Source: Entomortierella parvispora E1425
Lineage: Eukaryota; Fungi; Mortierellomycota
Length of the DNA: 64,000 nt
NCBI GenBank assembly: GCA_020891255.1
Contig: BQFW01000004.1
Location: 1,116,001 to 1,180,000 of the forward strand
Direction: 5' to 3'
The notes under the pieces were generated by a model. That model had not been told where the DNA came from. It saw only the letters and a list, made by a program, of their open reading frames with translations, and searched no databases. The number at the start of each line of letters is the position of its first letter. The first letter of the stretch is position 1. A program made the position numbers and the translations under genes. Below are positions 59,579 to 64,000 of this stretch, piece by piece.

Positions 59579-62500
59579 CTAAACCACGTTTAGTTCGTCG
59601 TCGCATCGCCCGGATGGATTTGGAAGTTGTGTTTCCGGTCTTGTTGATCCGGTGTTGGTGAGGGGGTGCGACCAAAGTCGCTTGGTGGTTGTGGAGAATG
59701 GAGGGAGTGTGGTCCTCTCGGTAGTGGTAAGCTGGGTGTATCCGGCAACGGCGATGTTGAGGGCGGCATTTTGATCACGGCCCCTGATCGTATAGCCGCA
59801 ACGATGCGAAATACACTCAGGATTGGTACATTCCACGGCGCCATTCAGGCGAACGAGCTTCATTTTTCCCTTCTTCATCCTCCGGCCTCGTGCAAGTCGA
59901 ATTGGCCTGAAGCAAAATGGGCAGGTTTTTGATGAGTTGTGCTCATTTGTTTTACCCACTGGCCCATGGTTCTTGTGTCTGCGGGGTATTTCGTTCCCGC
60001 CCATCCTACGGTTTCCCTTTAGTCTAGAGCCTACCCCCATGCCGGCAGCCCCGTGCAAAAAGAGTGGAATGACCACTGGCAGAGATTTTGGACAGTTTCT
60101 CAGGTGTTTCAGGACAAGTCGTTTTCCTGTCGGATGGGTCGGGTCTGCAACGAGTTCCGGTCTGTGGTGGGTTCCACACGATGAACAAAAGCCGTTGGAC
60201 TTGCGCTGAGCTGCTGCAAGTGATATCGATGACAATGGTGTGGATGACAGATCTGTTGCGATTTCCTGACCCGTCGCCGCCTGATTGCCTAATGAACACC
60301 CCATAGTAACAAAGATCTTGGATTAGTACGACTGGTGCTAGGGAGCACTGTAGTAGTCTGAACATTAGTCGGCTTACCCTGACCCAGTTTCTTGAACGCT
60401 TGTCGCTCTTTGGATGCCATGTGGTCATACGTCCGTTTCAGCCGTCGTGCGACATTTCTTTTCTTTCTGGTCATGCTTTTTGAGTACTCAAAGGCGCGGA
60501 GTCTGTCCCTGGCTTTTCGGCGGTTCGTGGCGGACTTCTTAAAATCGGCGACAGTCCTTGCTTTGTGAGGAGAACTTTCACCCAGTTCAGAAAACAGGGG
60601 CTCAATGTGTTGATTTCTCTCGAGTGCGCTCTTTCTGGTCTTTGCCTGTTGTGTGAGTCCTGATAAATGGCGGATATGCGCCACGGTCGTTTTGTGGGCA
60701 TCCGGAATTTTGATCTGGGCGAGCGCCCCCTTCCTGCTCACTTTCAGTGCCTCCTCAAAGACATTCTGGTCTGCGATAGCCTCTGGAGGGCTTCAGATTC
60801 ATCCGAGAGTAGATGGAACCGGTTCTGAAGGCTGATAAGAGTTGATTCAGATATGACTACCGTCTCGAAGAGAGTCTTCGAACCAGGGTCCGTTCCTCCA
60901 GGAACCAGAGTCATCTGGCGGGTGCTCGTCCTCTCATTGTTCGCGGCAATATCCTCTCTGAGTTTGCTGATGCATGTAGCTTCAATATAATCCATTGACC
61001 CTGGCCGTGCTCCAGAGGGCATCGATGTGTATGGCGACTTTGGAGATTCCGTAGCGCTGGTGGTGACATTGACATTGACATTGGCGCTGGTGCCATCAGT
61101 GGATGTGGATCCAACCCTTGTAGCAGACCTTTTTCTCCCCTTTGATCTAGCACGCGGCGACGACGTCGAAGGTGTTGTCGAATCTGCTTTCTCTCTCGAA
61201 TACTTGTTCAGTGCGTATTTTTCTTCCTTGAGGTTTTTGATTTCCAGTACCAGTGGAACTGTAAGTGCTCGAGTGCTCTGAACAAGTTTGCGTTGCTCCC
61301 CCAAATCGCGGTAGGCTTGCTGGATAGACTCTGCAGTGACCGGTTCTGGAGTACTATCGTAGACGCCTTCATCTACTTCCATCTCCACCTGTTCAGCTGA
61401 GATACGACCAGCATCGGCCACAACTTCGTTATCCACGTCCATGGTTTTCAGACTTGCCATACGATCATACATGGTGTTACTCAAAAGACATTGGCGCTTT
61501 GTCTGCTTCGTCACGGTGCGGCTAAGTTGTCGAAGCTCGTTCGTCTTCACCTTCAGAGCCTCCTCAACCTTTTGAGCGAGTTCTTTGGCCCTCGCTGCCG
61601 AGATACCTGACGATATGAGATCCTGTTGGCGAGAGGGATGTTTGGAGCTGGCCGGCGGCTTGATGTGCTTCTTTTTTTCCGACCACAAATCTGGCGCAGC
61701 TTCTTTCATTGTCTTGGAAGCAAGGATTTGCACTGTCCAGGGATTGACATACTGGAGTCTAGAGTTGGGAGGAGAGTGGTAGAGCTTTGTCAATTTCAGA
61801 TTCCTTATTCCAGTGCACAAAATAATCGGAATAGCCCTTACCTGTTTTCGAATTTAAGGTGATGTTTCCCACAGATGTCGTGTATGAGTTCCAAGTCGAA
61901 AAATGCGCCGAGAATAGTCTTCTCGTTGTTTTTCACTCGGTTCACATATGACACTGTCATGCCGTTGCTCTTAACGTCGAAGTGCCCTGGATCTTCTGCA
62001 CACAATACCTCGCAGATCCCTTTCGGGTTCAGTGGGAGTGGGTGAGATTTGCCACATGAGGGAATTGGGAACAACCGACGAGTGAAGTCGGAAAAGCCCA
62101 TTGCGCGCAGTAGGTGATTGGCGAGCATGCAGAAAGGGCCCAACACGAGAATATGTTCATGTAGCTTGTTTTCGTCATCTCGTTTTGGAGCATAGGGTCG
62201 CAGTTGGTTGACAATTTGGACGACCGTGCTGACTTCAGTATCGTTGAACATTCCCTCATCAAAGAGGTATTCACGAACGAATGCCGGCGTAACCTGAGAA
62301 GGGCAGTCAGATTTGTCAAGCAAGAGGCAGGTGACAGCCTCCAGCCCACGAAGGTGTTTGCCTGTTGGTTCCAAAGCATCTACAAAACAAGTCGTTATTG
62401 TTAGGGCGACATCTGAGTTTGTGATGTATTTCAAAGCCAAACTTTTTTGCCTTACCTCTGACGACCTCCGGTTCGGGTGCTGATTCCGTCTCTGCCTGGT

Positions 62501-64000
62501 CTAAGCCGTCTTCCTCTTGACACTCGCCATCAAAGTCGTCTTCCTCCTGAAGATCACACTCGCCATCAAAGTCATCCCCTTCCTGAGCCAACTCTATGAT
62601 GTCGTACGAAGTCGGAATTACTTCGCTGTTGCTACTTTGATCATTGCTACCGCCCCGGTCAAGTTTGAGCTTGAGATCACCAATGTCCTTATCTGCAGCT
62701 TTGGTCTTGTCAACAACATCTCTGAGCAGTCGGAAGACGTTGCTGACCCTAGCAATCCGGGACTGCCTATCCTTCAAGTCGAGAGGATCCCGCAACTCCA
62801 AGATGTTACCATTCCAAGCCGTCTTGCAGGTGCTAATGGCCTCGTCCAGTTGAACAAGCACCTTCTTTGCTGTCCAGCGGTAGGCTTTTCTGCGCACATA
62901 CGGACTTTTCAATTTCTCGGCTGCCTCTGACGCCTTGTTTTCCGCGAACCTCTTCTTCTGATCTCTATATCGCTGCTCCCCAAGCGGTCGAAGATGAAGT
63001 CGCAACAAGTAACGGACAACCGCCCGTTTGAGGACGAGATATAGCTTTGCCTTCCAAATGTTATGGTAGCTGGTCGCAATTGTCTTTAAGACCTCTGGGG
63101 GTGATTGAGACATGCCTTTTGGGCATACAGCATTCGTGGCAAATTCATCATCTCCACGCCACGCTTGTCGGACGAAAGCCGCCAATTCGTTCCAAACAGG
63201 GTGCGTCAAAGCTTTTGCGGACTGGCTGGCATTGGTAGAAGGCCGTTGGCGCTTGGTGCCTGCCGATAACGATGGCTTTGTTAGAGTGCTTGGACCAGAT
63301 TCGCACACGTCGTGGTCATCTTCCTCAGCATCTTGGTCAGATACTTCGGCGTCGCTACCATCTGAACCAAAGTCTTCGTTATCACTGCCAGGCTTCTGTT
63401 TCTTTTTTTGATTTGCATTTTTCGGAGACTTCTTGTACGAGCCGTGCTGCGATATACACGACACAATCGTGATTGAACAGGTCCTTGCTGTCCCTTTCGA
63501 ATGGTGACCTCCGAGCGTCCTCGTTACAATATCTCTTTAGGTTCAGCTGGAAATCGTCTGCAACCAGGGGGACTTTGATAGAAGGACTCTCCATGAGATC
63601 GGTATCGCGGATTTTAAAAGCCTCAGGGAGAATTTGACGAATATCGAATTCATTGGTAGAGCCTTGCTCGGAATGAAACCGTCCTTGCAGCACCTACAAA
63701 CCATAAAAGGATCACATACGGTCAATTGCCAGCTCATGATGCTCCACCTGTGCATGTCCATTCGTTCACTAACCTCTAGTTGGGCCATGGCGAGTGCCGA
63801 CTGGAGCTCCTCCATATGAGATGACATTGCTTCCTGTTTTTGAGTCAGCAATTCTTTGATGGCCGTTTTATCGGCATCTTCAAAGTCTTTTCGCAGAACC
63901 TTCTCTAATGGTACGGAGATGGTTCGCAGCTGGACCTCAGGCTCCTTCTCCTTTGGCACAGAGTCGGCCTTTGACCGGTTCTTGTTCAGGGCCTTTTGCC
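59579..64000 (-). CDS. Giant Fanzor1 (eukaryotic TnpB/Cas12-related RuvC) RNA-guided endonuclease-like gene; 5' end outside the window; two frameshifts
   Basis: Exons 64000-63774, 63693-62456, 62379-61842, 61758-60378, 60288-59579 (GT-AG introns of 80, 76, 83 and 89 nt), about 1365 codons visible. RuvC-I GGTDPGSKT (D at 60888-60890), RuvC-II KTNEHNSSKTCPFC (E at 59942-59944), Zn finger CPFC...CTNPEC, RuvC-III GRDQNAALNIA (D at 59774-59776). Frameshifts in 63382-63540 and 60744-60795. Confidence 0.9.

Noticed and set aside
61804-62455. Very short 38-nt and 43-nt intron solutions in the Fanzor gene
   Set aside because: Downstream in-frame acceptors give 83-nt and 76-nt introns with branch-point-like motifs and pyrimidine tracts, matching intron sizes elsewhere in the window.

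Overview
Intron-rich, gene-dense fungal DNA, most likely Mortierellaceae. This is inferred from an omega-3 desaturase that closely resembles the Mortierella alpina enzyme as I recall it, and from the F-box/LRR and BTB gene types. About 20 ordinary genes are recognisable: CorA Mg2+ transporter, Cdc11/Nud1-like LRR scaffold, EFM3/EEF2KMT, BTB protein, RAD4/XPC, F-box/LRR, type II P-type ATPase, HMG-box factor, S10 carboxypeptidase, CipC, GID4, Afi1/MesA, two GSTs, VPS2, CSL4, PEX30-like, MED8 and the desaturase. The standout is a very large (>1360 codons, running off the window end), spliceosomal-intron-containing Fanzor1/TnpB-like RuvC nuclease gene at 59579->64000 (-). It has an intact D-E-D triad, two frameshifts, and a strongly structured ~100-180 nt non-coding segment just downstream (candidate omegaRNA). 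Two clear decayed Fanzor relics (36.0-37.8 kb, 54.2-56.3 kb) and one tentative relic (27.9-29.2 kb) lie between host genes, all on the minus strand. Also notable are an intact DD86E IS630-Tc1-mariner transposase (Sailor-like spacing) and an unannotated secreted 9-Cys defensin/drosomycin-like peptide gene. All exon structures and family calls were made by eye from translations and remembered motifs; no database searches or folding programs were run.
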